The notes: a model not told the origin generated them from the letters alone. DNA of 64,000 bases from Nitrospirales bacterium (GCA_965203295.1 CBDBCZ010000019.1:1248001-1312000), one strand, 5' to 3'; shown: positions 50,919 through 61,801, numbered from the stretch's first letter. Translations and numbers: made by a program.

Positions 50919-51770
50919 CTAAATCCAACGGGGATGTTGGGACTCTGCCCCTTCTTCCTTCTTGCTGGAAATCTCAAGAAGGTCGCTTATTTTTCTACCA
51001 ATATCGTCCGACCGAATCAAGGATTCTCCCACGAGTATAGCGTTGACTCCGGCTTCCATGATTTGTTGCACATCGTCTCGCTTATGAATGCCGCTTTCAC
51101 TCACAATTAACTTATCTGAAGGAATTCGTTTGGCCAAGCGTTGCGTGATTCCCAGGTCAGTTGAGAAGGTTCTGAGATCACGGTTGTTAATTCCGATGAG
51201 TTTGGCATTTGGCAGTCGCTCTAAGACGGTATCCACTTCTCGCTCGTCGTGTGTTTCAATTAAAGCAGCAAGGTTCATCTCTTGGGCAATCGCAAAGAAA
51301 TCTTCGAGTTGAATGCGATCCAAGGCGGCGACGATGAGCAGAATACAGTCGGCACCGTAGGCACGAGCTTCGTAAAATTGAATATCCTCAACCATAAATT
51401 CTTTATTCAGAGCCGGCAGACCCACTTGGTCTTTGACTTCAAGGAGGTACTCGAGGGCACCTTGAAAAAAATCTTGATCCGTTAACACAGATACGGCAGC
51501 AGCCCCGTGCTGTCTATAGGTCTTCGCGATATTCACAGGTTCGAAACGATCGACAAATTCCAGGCGCATGAGCCCTTGGCTAGGCGATGCCTTTTTGACT
51601 TCTGCGATGAGGGCAGGGGAATTGGGTGTCTGGCCGGATTCTAGGGCCTTGATAAAGTCCAGTGGAAGGGTACGATCTGCAATCCGACTTTTGAGATCGA
51701 TTAAATACCCACGACTTTCCTTCCGTCGTAGCTCAGCCTTTTTGTGTTCGAGAATTCGGTCGAGAATCAT
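50919..51770 (-). CDS. trpC: indole-3-glycerol phosphate synthase
   Basis: IAEVKKASPS, GINNRDL and VSESGI motifs; start MILDRIL. Confidence 0.96.
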   Translation of the reverse strand: MILDRILEHKKAELRRKESRGYLIDLKSRIADRTLPLDFIKALESGQTPNSPALIAEVKKASPSQGLMRLEFVDRFEPVNIAKTYRQHGAAAVSVLTDQDFFQGALEYLLEVKDQVGLPALNKEFMVEDIQFYEARAYGADCILLIVAALDRIQLEDFFAIAQEMNLAALIETHDEREVDTVLERLPNAKLIGINNRDLRTFSTDLGITQRLAKRIPSDKLIVSESGIHKRDDVQQIMEAGVNAILVGESLIRSDDIGRKISDLLEISSKKEEGAESQHPRWI

Positions 51771-51777
51771 CTTCCGA

Positions 51778-52797
51778 TCATGAAAAGGTTTGGTTCGTGA
51801 AAGCAATCAGTTTCTCAAGTTTTTCGTAGGCCGCTCCACTTTCGACGATTTGGTCTGCTTCTTTCAATCCCTCCCTGAGGGTCTTGGCCTTTCCACAGGC
51901 CACAAGGGCAGGGGCAGCGTTCATCAAGACGATATTGCGTTTGGGACCCTTGTGCCCTTGCAAAATGTCCCGGATAAGAGAAGCGTTGTCTTTTGGTGTT
52001 CCACCCAGAAGGTCGCGAGAATTAGCTCGTGAAAGTCCGAAATCATGTGGATCGATATCGTAACTGGTTACCCGTCCTGCTTTACCCTCTGATATATGGG
52101 TGCGGTCGGTCAACGTGATTTCATCAAGGCCATCTTGGCCATGCAGAACAAAGCAGTGCTGCGTGCCTAGACGCACCAGGACCTGAGCCAATTTTTCCGT
52201 CAGGGCGCGGTCATAGACTCCAAGGACTTGAATGGTGGCACTCGCCGGATTGGAAAGCGGCCCTAAAATATTCATCAAGGTTCGAATACCCATGTCGGCG
52301 CGAGGTCTAGCGCAATGTTTCATCGCACCATGATAAAGGGGGGCAAACAGAAACCCGATGCCCACTTCATTAATGCAGTCAGCAACACGGTCTGGAGGTA
52401 GGTCAAGGTTGACCCCCAGAGCGGCCAATACGTCGGCACTTCCTGATTGTGAGGAAACTGAACGGTTGCCATGTTTCGCAACAGTCAGTCCCCCACCAGC
52501 CACAACAAAAGCCGTCGCTGTGGAAATATTAAAGGTATTCGCTCCGTCACCACCGGTTCCGCATGTATCGACAACCATTGGATCATTCACTAGGATTCGT
52601 TGAGCCATATTCCGCATGGCTCTGACTGCGCCCGTAATCTCTTCCACGGTCTCGCCTTTCATGCGTAGCCCCATTAAATAGGCCGCAATCTGACTTTCGG
52701 ACGCTTGGCCCTGCATAATGGAGAGCATAGCTTCCTCAGCCTCATTTTCTGAAAGGTTTATGCCCTCGGCGAGTTTGGAAATGACATCTTTCATCAC
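51778..52797 (-). CDS. trpD: anthranilate phosphoribosyltransferase
   Basis: DTCGTGGDG..FNIST, KHGNRS and GLDE motifs. Confidence 0.97.
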   Translation of the reverse strand: MMKDVISKLAEGINLSENEAEEAMLSIMQGQASESQIAAYLMGLRMKGETVEEITGAVRAMRNMAQRILVNDPMVVDTCGTGGDGANTFNISTATAFVVAGGGLTVAKHGNRSVSSQSGSADVLAALGVNLDLPPDRVADCINEVGIGFLFAPLYHGAMKHCARPRADMGIRTLMNILGPLSNPASATIQVLGVYDRALTEKLAQVLVRLGTQHCFVLHGQDGLDEITLTDRTHISEGKAGRVTSYDIDPHDFGLSRANSRDLLGGTPKDNASLIRDILQGHKGPKRNIVLMNAAPALVACGKAKTLREGLKEADQIVESGAAYEKLEKLIAFTNQTFS

Positions 52798-52862
52798 AGT
52801 TGATTACGGAAAAGGGACGGAGTCAATAAGGTCGCAAGTCGTCGATCCTAGTGAGAGTTTTT

Positions 52863-53453
52863 CTACGCGACGATAGATAGAGGTCTTTGCTGATATTGTA
52901 AAAAATTTCGTAAAAGGTCCTTCCCGACTTTAGTCAGAATGGATTCTGGATGAAACTGTACTCCTTCTGCGCCAGTGGGACGATGGCGAAGGCCCATGAT
53001 TTCACCCTCTGTTGTTTCCGCAGAAATTTCAAAACTGTTTGGAAGAGTGTTTTTATTCACAATCAGCGAATTATACCTGGTGGCTTCAAAAGGATTAGGA
53101 AGGCCTTCAAAAATTGTTTTTCCATCATGGTGAATCATGGATGTTTTGCCATGCATGAGGTGGTCAGCTCTGATAATTTCAGCTCCGAATGCAAAAGCCA
53201 GTGATTGGTGTCCAAGACAGACGCCTAACACCGGGATGATACCTGCACAATGGCGAACGGCTTCCACTGAGATGCCAGCTTCTTTTGGAGTACAAGGGCC
53301 AGGGGAAATTAATAAATGTTGTGGCTTTAATCCCTCGATGTCGGACGTGGAAATTTTGTCGTTTCGATACACCTGGAGGTCAGCCCCCAATTCCCCCAAG
53401 TACTGAACCAGGTTGTATGTAAAGGAATCGTAGTTATCGATCACAAGTAGCAT
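52863..53453 (-). CDS. trpG: anthranilate synthase component II
   Basis: IDNYDSFTYNL, SPGPC, GVCLGHQ and QFHPES motifs. Confidence 0.95.
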   Translation of the reverse strand: MLLVIDNYDSFTYNLVQYLGELGADLQVYRNDKISTSDIEGLKPQHLLISPGPCTPKEAGISVEAVRHCAGIIPVLGVCLGHQSLAFAFGAEIIRADHLMHGKTSMIHHDGKTIFEGLPNPFEATRYNSLIVNKNTLPNSFEISAETTEGEIMGLRHRPTGAEGVQFHPESILTKVGKDLLRNFLQYQQRPLSIVA

Positions 53454-53465
53454 GGTGTTTCTCTC

Positions 53466-53514
53466 TAGACTCCAGTCTTTAGTCTGAGTCTCTAGTCTCC
53501 CGACTCAAGACTTT
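53466..53514. repeat. short degenerate ~7-bp AGTCTnn/nGACTC repeat cluster
   Basis: TAGACTC CAGTCTT TAGTCTG AGTCTC TAGTCTC CCGACTC AAGACTT, between trpE and trpG. Confidence 0.55.
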
Positions 53515-53515
53515 C

Positions 53516-55012
53516 TTAATCTAATCCCTTTTCAGCCATTTCAATGCTACGCATCATCGCACCCGCTTTGTTGCAAGTTTCTTCATACTCTCGTGTCGGA
53601 TGAGAATCAGCGACAATACCCGAGCCAGCCTGGATGTAGGCGTCTTGACCTTTTATGACAATGGTTCTGATGTTGATGCATGTATCCATATTTCCTGAAA
53701 AACTGAAATAACCGACTGCCCCAGCGTAAGGGCCACGTTGGGTAGGCTCCAGTTCTTCTATGATCTGCATGGCACGAACTTTAGGAGCACCGGACACAGT
53801 ACCGGTAGGGAAACAGGCCTTCATGACATCATAGGAAGAATACTGGGGTTCGAGTTCTCCTGTTACTTGAGAAACAATATGCATGACATGAGAGTACCGT
53901 TCGACTTTCATGAAGGGGTTCAGAACCACCGACCCATATTTAGCCACTCGACCGACATCATTACGACCTAAGTCGACGAGCATGATATGCTCAGCCAATT
54001 CTTTTTCGTCGGCAATGAGTTCCTGCTCTAAAGCATGATCCTGTACTTCGGTGACACCACGAGGTCGTGTTCCTGCAATGGGACGAACCATAATGTTGCT
54101 ATGCTCACACCGTACTAACATTTCCGGGGAGGAACCGACTAATTCCACCCCCCCAACGCGGAGATAGTACATGTAGGGAGAAGGATTAATGACACGTAAT
54201 GCACGATAGATTTCAATGGGTGATGTGCGAATTCGTGTATGCCATCGCTGAGAGATAACCCCTTGAATAATATCTCCAGCCTGAATGTATTCCTTGGTCC
54301 GCATGACCATTTTTTCAAAATCGGCTTGATTCACATTTGAAGTGAACCGAGAAGGGTGAGAGGAAGATTGGAGTTTGGGCCGTGGACGAGTTTTTCTGAG
54401 CCGTGTGATCATTTTCTCAATGCGTTGCGTTGCGTCCGTATAGACTTCTCGAAGGGCTGATTTCCTCGTACTCATAATATAGGCATTCGCGACGACTTTC
54501 ATGGTATGAGCGATATTATCGAAGATGAGCAGGGTGTCGGTCAGAAGGAAGGCAAACATGGGAAGATTGGTGCTTGACTTAGATCGGGGACGAATGGGTT
54601 CAAAATGCCGTACGAGGTCGTATCCTAGGTAACCCACTGCACCGCCAACAAAAGGTGGCAGGCCGTCGACGTCGACTGGATGATACGATGCCATGAGGTC
54701 GCGAATGTGATCTAGGGGATTATCCGATAAGGGAAGGCAAATTCTCTTTCTCCCTTGTCTCTTTTGGACCTGACCGTTTTCCTCCCAAATGCTCATCGTG
54801 GCTTCGCTACCTAAAAAGGAATATCGAGCCCAACGTTCGCCACCTTCGATGCTTTCAAACAAGAAAGCTGTCGGGCCTGTGTTAATTTTGCAAAATGCCG
54901 AGACAGGAGTCTCTAAATCAGCCAATATCTCGCGGTAAATAGGTACTAAATTTCCATGGATCGACAGGGAGCAAAAATCGTCAAAACCTACTGAATAACA
55001 AGACTTTTTCAT
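53516..55012 (-). CDS. trpE: anthranilate synthase component I
   Basis: NPSPYMY, SSPE, PIAGT, EHIMLVDLGRND and GTVSGAPK motifs; start MKKSCYS. Confidence 0.96.
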   Translation of the reverse strand: MKKSCYSVGFDDFCSLSIHGNLVPIYREILADLETPVSAFCKINTGPTAFLFESIEGGERWARYSFLGSEATMSIWEENGQVQKRQGRKRICLPLSDNPLDHIRDLMASYHPVDVDGLPPFVGGAVGYLGYDLVRHFEPIRPRSKSSTNLPMFAFLLTDTLLIFDNIAHTMKVVANAYIMSTRKSALREVYTDATQRIEKMITRLRKTRPRPKLQSSSHPSRFTSNVNQADFEKMVMRTKEYIQAGDIIQGVISQRWHTRIRTSPIEIYRALRVINPSPYMYYLRVGGVELVGSSPEMLVRCEHSNIMVRPIAGTRPRGVTEVQDHALEQELIADEKELAEHIMLVDLGRNDVGRVAKYGSVVLNPFMKVERYSHVMHIVSQVTGELEPQYSSYDVMKACFPTGTVSGAPKVRAMQIIEELEPTQRGPYAGAVGYFSFSGNMDTCINIRTIVIKGQDAYIQAGSGIVADSHPTREYEETCNKAGAMMRSIEMAEKGLD

Positions 55013-55019
55013 AGTTTGG

Positions 55020-55049
55020 ACGGTACCACAGGGCAATTTGGCAAGTCAA
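55020..55049 (-). promoter_or_regulatory. putative trp operon promoter (extended -10), nearly leaderless
   Basis: TTGACT-N18-TACCGT with TGn before the -10 box; the ATG lies 7 nt downstream. Confidence 0.5.
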
Positions 55050-55167
55050 CGAAGCAAGGGGGAGGTGCGTAGGGGGAACAGGGGCGGACATTAATATCCG
55101 CCATGCCTGCGATCAGAACAATCTCTAAAAGAACGGAGAGGGCCCCCGGAAAGGAAATACTCAGTAC

Positions 55168-55203
55168 CAACTTCTTTCAGAAAGGGAAATGTGAAAGAAG
55201 TTG
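55168..55203. terminator. 12-bp perfect hairpin just after the LysM gene
   Basis: CAACTTCTTTCA-N12-TGAAAGAAGTTG. Confidence 0.5.
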
Positions 55204-55208
55204 TCTCT

Positions 55209-55907
55209 TTATGGGTTACTGACGATAAGGCGCTGATCAACTGAAATCAAGTTGCTGTCCAGATTGTTCCATAGTTTGAGGTTACTGACGGAAACACCAT
55301 ATTCGCGAGAAATCCTAAAAAGTGTATCACCTTTGACCACTGTGTAATAGATCGGGTAACCCGATGAAAAGGTTGGTTCAGGCTTAGTTGAACGGGTAAA
55401 GACAGAGGTGAAGTCAGATTCATCTGAAAGCGTTGACTCGGGTTCATCTGACAGGCTTAACTCGGGTTCCTGATCAGTGCTACCGAATCCCATATCGCTT
55501 AATCCAAACTCTTCAAACGAGGGATCTGATAATGTGAGATCCTCTGGTTCTCCGGCAGTGGAGGAAACTTTGCGCTCACTCACTGTGAGACGTTCTTCCT
55601 GGGCCCTTGAGATCTGATCTTGAAGGCTTTGGATATTGTTTGTCAGATCCTGGTTTTGAGATTCCAAGCTTGCGACTTTTTGTTGCGTCTCCTGGACTTG
55701 TAAATTTAATTCTCCTGTCCGTTTTTCTTCCTGTGCGAGGAGACGTTGAAAATTCAATGCCCTGGCTTTTTCAGCCTCATATTTCCCGGTACTGACGCAA
55801 CCTGTCATGAGGCCGCTGCATAAGCCTATAATCAAAACCGCATGCCAAGGTTTTGGTCGTCCTAACACGTTCACGTTTTCCGATACACAGGGGAATCTTT
55901 TGTCCAT
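55209..55907 (-). CDS. LysM-domain lipoprotein with coiled coil and acidic linker
   Basis: Lipobox LMTGC, coiled coil and C-terminal YTVVKGDTLFRISREYG, with a GGAGGT RBS. Confidence 0.85.
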   Translation of the reverse strand: MDKRFPCVSENVNVLGRPKPWHAVLIIGLCSGLMTGCVSTGKYEAEKARALNFQRLLAQEEKRTGELNLQVQETQQKVASLESQNQDLTNNIQSLQDQISRAQEERLTVSERKVSSTAGEPEDLTLSDPSFEEFGLSDMGFGSTDQEPELSLSDEPESTLSDESDFTSVFTRSTKPEPTFSSGYPIYYTVVKGDTLFRISREYGVSVSNLKLWNNLDSNLISVDQRLIVSNP

Positions 55908-56142
55908 CGTCAGACAACCTCCAACATAATTGATGGCAGAATATGGGTAAGAATTTGGTTTGGCTTCCTTATCGATAAGCTGGTAGGTAATGATGTATTT
56001 ACACAATAGAGCGGGTGTAAAAGAATGTCAAACACTGGACATCTGCAATGGTTCTTTTTCGAGGGTAAACGGGTTTGATCCTTGAGAAGTGCTATGATAG
56101 ATTTTGGCAATACTGATACAGTCTAACATTTTTGACAGGCGA

Positions 56143-57093
56143 ATGATGAAAAGAGAATCTGAAAGCCCACGAACGGTGACAGTGGAGGGATTTCGGCTTC
56201 GTCTAGCCCAACCGACTCAGTCTCATCACGAGTGGATTGGAGACCGTGAGATTCTTCAGCAATTACTGGCATGCTGGCTCGTCATTGACGAGAACGATCT
56301 CCCCCTCTGCCCTAAAATAATTGGCACTCCGGGAATCGGTAAGACCACATTGGCCATGTCGGCTACCCGGGAGCGTAAACAACCTCTTTTTATCTACTAA
56401 TGTACCGCTGATACCAGACCCGAGGATCTTTTAGTGACCCCTGTCATTGGCGAACAGGGCACGATTTCTTATTGTGCCTCTCCTCTTGTGACCGCCATGT
56501 TGGTTGGAGGAGTGTGTCTTTTGGATGAAGGCAATCGGATGTAATGAAAAAAGTTGGGCTTCCCTTGCTCCCCTTTTGGATCATCGCCGATATGTGGAGT
56601 CTGTGATCGCTGGTATTCAAGTCCAAGCTCATCATGATTTTCGGTGCTGCATGACGATGAATGAAGATGCTTCCACCTATGAAGTCCCTGATTATATTCT
56701 TTCACGCCTTCAACCGACTCTAAAGTTAGAGTTTCCCAGTCGAGACCATGAATTGGCCATCCTGCAGTATCATCTTGCGTTTTCTCCAGAAGATGTTCTT
56801 ATCATGACCGTTGATTTTTACAGAAAGCTCATCAGTTGGATTTAGGTTTCTCTGTACGGGATGGGATTCATGTGGTGCAGTATGCGCTCAAGCGTCTTGC
56901 CCAGGATCCTTCCCACCCTATTTCCCGAGACCATTCCTGGCGAGAAGCTCTGATTAAAGTGCTCGGGGAAGAAGTGTTGGACCTTGAGGGCTTATCTCGG
57001 TAGAGAAATAGAGCTATGGGAAGAGAGGGCCTTCCTAAAGGGTTAGGGGATTTCTTTTTTGAAGAAGATAACCCTCTTCATCCAGATCAATGA
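56143..57093 (+). pseudogene. MoxR/CbbQ-like AAA+ ATPase with TAA at 56398, frameshifts at ~56542 and ~56818, and TAG at 57001
   Basis: [42 protein letters not shown] and FSVRDG..DNPLHPDQ. Confidence 0.85.
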
Positions 57094-57177
57094 TCTCTTT
57101 GTCTTCGGTTCGTATTTAAAGAACGTACCCGTAACTGGAGTAAGAGATATCATTCTCACCGAATTGACGGCTGTTCT

Positions 57178-59073
57178 ATGAGTGCCCAATCAACTGCGAC
57201 AGAAGAAGTCTTTCGACTTTCGGCAAAGATTCAATTAGTTCCGATTCGGCATGGAAGCGGGGATATGGCCCAAGAGGTCCGAGAAATGCTTCTGATCCAT
57301 CGTGTCGATTGCTTGGCTGTGCCTTTACCTCCTTCTGTAGAACAGCTCGTTGAGGAAGGGATTGCCCAACTTCCACAAATCAGTCTAGTCGCCATTCCTG
57401 AACCGGCTCAAGGTGACACCTCGGTCTATAGCTATTTATCCATCGATCCTTGTCAGCCGGTCATCATGGCCATTCGTGTGGCCATGGGGGAAAGCGTTCA
57501 TCGTGCATACATCGATCGAGAGGTCGCGGTGTTCGAACCAAAACCGTTCCCAGGTCCTGATCCATATTCCCTGAAACATGTTTCCTTAGCTGCCTTCGCT
57601 TCAGCCTTGCTGCCCTTCATGCCTTACCCCAATTCCTGATGGTGGGCGTTGGTGTCGAATAAAATGGATGGCTTTTAAACTACGAGAATTAGAGGTCGAA
57701 TATGGCTCCATTCTGTGTCTCTGTCCCATAGAAGATTGGGCTTGGATTCGAGATACCTATCGTGAGCAGCCTCAGTATGTTCCTCCAGAGCCACTGAGCC
57801 GACATCCTTCTCTTCATCGGGTAGATCCCCCTACATTATATTTTGCCCTTTGTGAGCTACCCTTCATCACAGAATTGTACGAAAGACGACGTTCTGAAGC
57901 TCGTTCAGACCTTCATCTCTCAGTTGATGGGATAAAAGAACTTCTCCTTGAAGCTCGAAGACTGTGGATAGGCACCCGTCAGCCTGAGATTGAGCAGGAA
58001 AGTAATTGAGTGACCCCACAATTACTGCAAATGTATTTGCAGTATGTTCGGAACTTGGCTCTTTTGGAACATCGTCTCACTCCTGACCTCTATACCTTGG
58101 TCCTGGCTGCCAAACAACTAGCAGGTGATGACTTTGCGGTGACGTTGTTAGAGACCGCGAAGGGTTATATCTTCCAAGACAATTGGACGGCCTTTGAAAC
58201 GTCTGACACGGTAGCAATGGGAATGGGGCAATTGGATTTTGGGGGTGATGAAGTAGCCATAGGGAAGAATCGATTAGAGGGAATTCCTCTCGAATGGCGG
58301 TCCTTATCGCTTCGGCCTGTCCCTCCAAAGATCAAAAAACGACAGTGGGCTTTTCAATGGAATCCCTTTGGGCAGTGTTCATGGCCGTCAGAGGATCAAC
58401 GCATCGAAGGATTCACCTCTCACGTTCGTGAGCAAGCGAAACATGCCTTGGGAGCTGATTTGGCCAAAGTTGAAAATTCACCACCTCTATTCGTGATGGA
58501 ATCGATTTGCGGGAAACTCTTCGCCATTGGAAGGGACCGTCCATCAACCGCTCACCCGAGATTTATGTCAAAGATATCCCTCCCTGCCGAGGAAGTATTG
58601 AAGTGGTGGTTTTTTTATTTGAAGTTCCGGCGGATCCTCAAAAATTTACTTGGCAATCGACGTGGTACGCTGAACATGATCAAGAGTCCACTTTGTGTTT
58701 TTTTGCCACACCTTTTTTGGAGAATATAGTGGCACCCGGGATTGGAGAATCTCAATATGGTGGAACAATGTTTCTCTTCCCTCCGCGTCCTATCCCCAAC
58801 ATTTGGGACGATCCCAGATTAGACTTTGCTCGAACATTAGAAGAACGGCTCATTGCTGGCGCTGCCGCACATACTCAGGAGCGGCATTTCGTGTTGGTCT
58901 CGCCCATTCCACCATTTGCCAAATGGCGGCAGATTGCCAAGCGCTTTCATTGCAACTTTATTCCCATCCCCCTTTCTCGATTTTCAGGACAGACCGTTTC
59001 ACGATTGAGAATGTTTCATGTCCTCAATGGGCATGAAATTCGAAGTTATGCAGCGCAATTTATTCGAGGATAA
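57178..59073 (+). pseudogene. ~630-aa conserved hypothetical AAA-partner protein with frameshifts at ~57630 and ~58475 and TGA at 58007
   Basis: Four consecutive ORF fragments join into one frame: PIRHGS N-terminus, ...DGIDLRETLRHW..., ...FHVLNGHEIRSYA. Confidence 0.8.
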
Positions 59074-59087
59074 GATCACCTCTCTTT

Positions 59088-61145
59088 TTGTACGATCCTG
59101 TGGAAACGAACTCAGAACCATCATGGTCCTCATTGGAGGCTGTTCAACAACAGCTTGAAGAGTTAAAGGCTCAAATCCGTCGCCACGACCATTTGTATTA
59201 CATTCAGAGTCGTCCCACGATTTCTGATCATGAATATGATGCGCTTTTTGGACAGCTTAAGGACCTAGAAGCTCAATATCCACAACTCTTCACTCCCGAT
59301 TCTCCAACCCAAAGGGTCGGAGCTCCTCCGCTAGAACAGTTCACCAAAGTTCGACATGATCAGCCTATGCTCAGTCTTGATTCTGAGGTTGACGGTGAAG
59401 GGGTATTTGCCTTTGACAAACGACTTCGTAAAGAGTTGGGCATAGACGTCATTCAGTACACAGTGGAGCCGAAATTTGACGGTCTTTCCGTCGAGCTGGT
59501 GTATGAAAATGGAATATTTATCCGGGGTTCGACCAGAGGTGACGGAACGATAGGAGAGGATATTACCACAAATCTCAAAACCATTCGTTCCCTTCCATTG
59601 ACCCTGAATGGTGACCATAGCCCTGGAATTCGCGTCGTGGTTCGTGGTGAGGTCTATTTACGCCTTCCGGATTTTCAAGACCTCAATCGACGGCTGACTG
59701 AACAGGGAGAAGAGACATTTGCGAACCCTCGCAATGCTGCGGCTGGGGCCTTGAGACAATTGGATTCGAATATCACCGCTCGTCGGCCCCTGGTCATCAC
59801 CTGTTATGAATTGGTGGGATTTACCGAAGGACTTCCTGTGACCCATTGGGAGTCGGTCTCGATGTTAAGCGAATGGGGACTTCCGATTCCCGTTTATCGT
59901 CAGCGTTGCGAGAATATTGAAGAGGTTCTGGCATTTCACCAACATATGGTCGAGATTCGTGATCAACTTCCATTTGAGATCGATGGAATTGTGATTAAGG
60001 TTGATCGACGCGACTGGCAGCGGGTCATGGGGGAGAAGTCTCGCAGTCCGCGTTGGGCGGTTGCCTTGAAGTTTTCCCCACGAAAGGAAATCACGCAGGT
60101 TCAACAAATCGTGCTCTCTGTCGGGCGAACTGGAGCTCTGACGCCTATTGCCCTTCTTACGCCGGTAGAGGTCGGAGGTGTGACCATCAGCCGGGCTACC
60201 TTACATAACATTGAGGAGGTGTTTCGCAAAGATATCCGCGTTGGGGATACCGTTAAGGTGGAAAGGGCTGGAGATGTCATACCAGATATTGTGGAGCGGG
60301 TTCCCATTGAAGGCGAAAAGAGAACTGAGCCTTTTTCAGCACCAGATCATTGTCCAGTGTGCCAATCGGCGGTTATTCAGGAGGGGCCAATACGGCTCTG
60401 TACAGGTCAGGCGGTTTGTCCAGCTCAGCTCAAAGGGGCATTGGAACATTTTGCCTCTAAAGGAGCTCTGAATATTGAAAACTTAGGGAAAAAAACCGTA
60501 GGACAGTTGGTTGATCAAGGGCTGGTGAAAGATTTATCAGACATCTATACCCTGACCTCTGATCTCATCATGAGTTTAGAAGGCTTTGCTGATCGTTCCA
60601 CGACCTTGTTGTTAGAAGCCATAGAACAGAGTAAGCAGGCTCCACTCGAGCGATTTCTCTTTGGATTGGGAATCCGCCATGTGGGGATTCACGTCGCGAA
60701 ACTTTTGGCCCGTCATTTTGGATCGTTAGAAAGATTGATGAACGCAGACCGTCTCATGCTAGAAGAGATCCATGAGATTGGGCCGGAGACCGCGGTTGGT
60801 GTGGGATCGTTTTTCCAAGAGCCTCGAAATCAGGCTGTCTTGAGACGAATGCAAGATCTGGGAGTTAGAGTGGGAACAGTAGATCTTCCGCAGAGAGAGG
60901 AACGCCCGCTCTTGGAAAAGAAAAATTTTGTCTTTACTGGTGGGCTCGAACATATGTCACGAGAGGAAGCCAAAAAGAAGGTTGAGGCCTTGGGTGGCCG
61001 AGTCACTTCAAGTGTGAGTCAACGCACTGATTTCCTTGTGGTGGGGAATGAGCCCGGATCGAAACTGGAAGAGGCCAAGCGGTTGGGAGTAAAGGTGTTA
61101 GATGAAGAGCAATTTGATGACTTACTCTCAAAGGGAGGGGATTAG
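59088..61145 (+). CDS. ligA: NAD-dependent DNA ligase
   Basis: EPKFDG, TRGDG, NPRNAAAG, Zn finger and BRCT domain. Confidence 0.98.
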   Translation: MYDPVETNSEPSWSSLEAVQQQLEELKAQIRRHDHLYYIQSRPTISDHEYDALFGQLKDLEAQYPQLFTPDSPTQRVGAPPLEQFTKVRHDQPMLSLDSEVDGEGVFAFDKRLRKELGIDVIQYTVEPKFDGLSVELVYENGIFIRGSTRGDGTIGEDITTNLKTIRSLPLTLNGDHSPGIRVVVRGEVYLRLPDFQDLNRRLTEQGEETFANPRNAAAGALRQLDSNITARRPLVITCYELVGFTEGLPVTHWESVSMLSEWGLPIPVYRQRCENIEEVLAFHQHMVEIRDQLPFEIDGIVIKVDRRDWQRVMGEKSRSPRWAVALKFSPRKEITQVQQIVLSVGRTGALTPIALLTPVEVGGVTISRATLHNIEEVFRKDIRVGDTVKVERAGDVIPDIVERVPIEGEKRTEPFSAPDHCPVCQSAVIQEGPIRLCTGQAVCPAQLKGALEHFASKGALNIENLGKKTVGQLVDQGLVKDLSDIYTLTSDLIMSLEGFADRSTTLLLEAIEQSKQAPLERFLFGLGIRHVGIHVAKLLARHFGSLERLMNADRLMLEEIHEIGPETAVGVGSFFQEPRNQAVLRRMQDLGVRVGTVDLPQREERPLLEKKNFVFTGGLEHMSREEAKKKVEALGGRVTSSVSQRTDFLVVGNEPGSKLEEAKRLGVKVLDEEQFDDLLSKGGD

Positions 61146-61195
61146 GAATATGTGATCATATGGTTCAAAACAAGAGGTGATGTCCTTTCCTTAGA

Positions 61196-61801
61196 TCAAT
61201 ATTTTCTGAGTGATTTTTGACGAAGACCATTTTCTGGTGGATTTCCTTCGTCGGTCTGCAGGAATGTTTTCAATTCCATAAAAGCCTGTAACATTTCTTT
61301 ATACGAATAATGAGCATTCCTTCCGCTAGGGTTGGGCAACAAGAATACACGTGCATCTACTAATTTCTGCGGCTGGAAACCGATGAGTCGTTTTTTCCTG
61401 CCTCCTTTAGTCTGGGAGCCTGAGACGTTATGTTCAGGAAATAACACGGAGTAGAGCGTCGTCCCTAACAAGGCCACGACTTGCGGAGCATAACGTCGAA
61501 TCTTGGCGAGGAGACGTCTTCGCCCCAGTTGGTAGTCCTTTGAAGTTAATCCATTGACACCAGCCGTCGGTCGTTCCACAATATTTGTGATGCCGAACCC
61601 CCATTCAGGAAGTCGCCAATCGTCATGATAGGTGAGGGGAGTCGGTACTAATCTGGTATCAGACAACAATTTCCAAAAGCGATTCGAATAACCCGCGAAA
61701 TGGTGTCTGACTAAGGCAGAACGGAGTCCTGGGTTGATCCCAACGAACAATATCTTGACACCGGGTTGAATGAAATCAGGTAGTTTGTGTTCCTTGGGCA
61801 T
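61196..61801 (-). CDS. mug: G/U mismatch-specific DNA glycosylase
   Basis: FVGINPG, NRFW, GITNIV.RPT and LPNPSG motifs. Confidence 0.9.
   Translation of the reverse strand: MPKEHKLPDFIQPGVKILFVGINPGLRSALVRHHFAGYSNRFWKLLSDTRLVPTPLTYHDDWRLPEWGFGITNIVERPTAGVNGLTSKDYQLGRRRLLAKIRRYAPQVVALLGTTLYSVLFPEHNVSGSQTKGGRKKRLIGFQPQKLVDARVFLLPNPSGRNAHYSYKEMLQAFMELKTFLQTDEGNPPENGLRQKSLRKY

Noticed and set aside
8113..58009. Stop-codon reassignment or selenocysteine readthrough explaining the in-frame stops
   Set aside because: The stops include TGA, TAA and TAG, replace different residues (Arg, Gln, Trp) and co-occur with frameshifts. Intact genes use all three codons as terminators.
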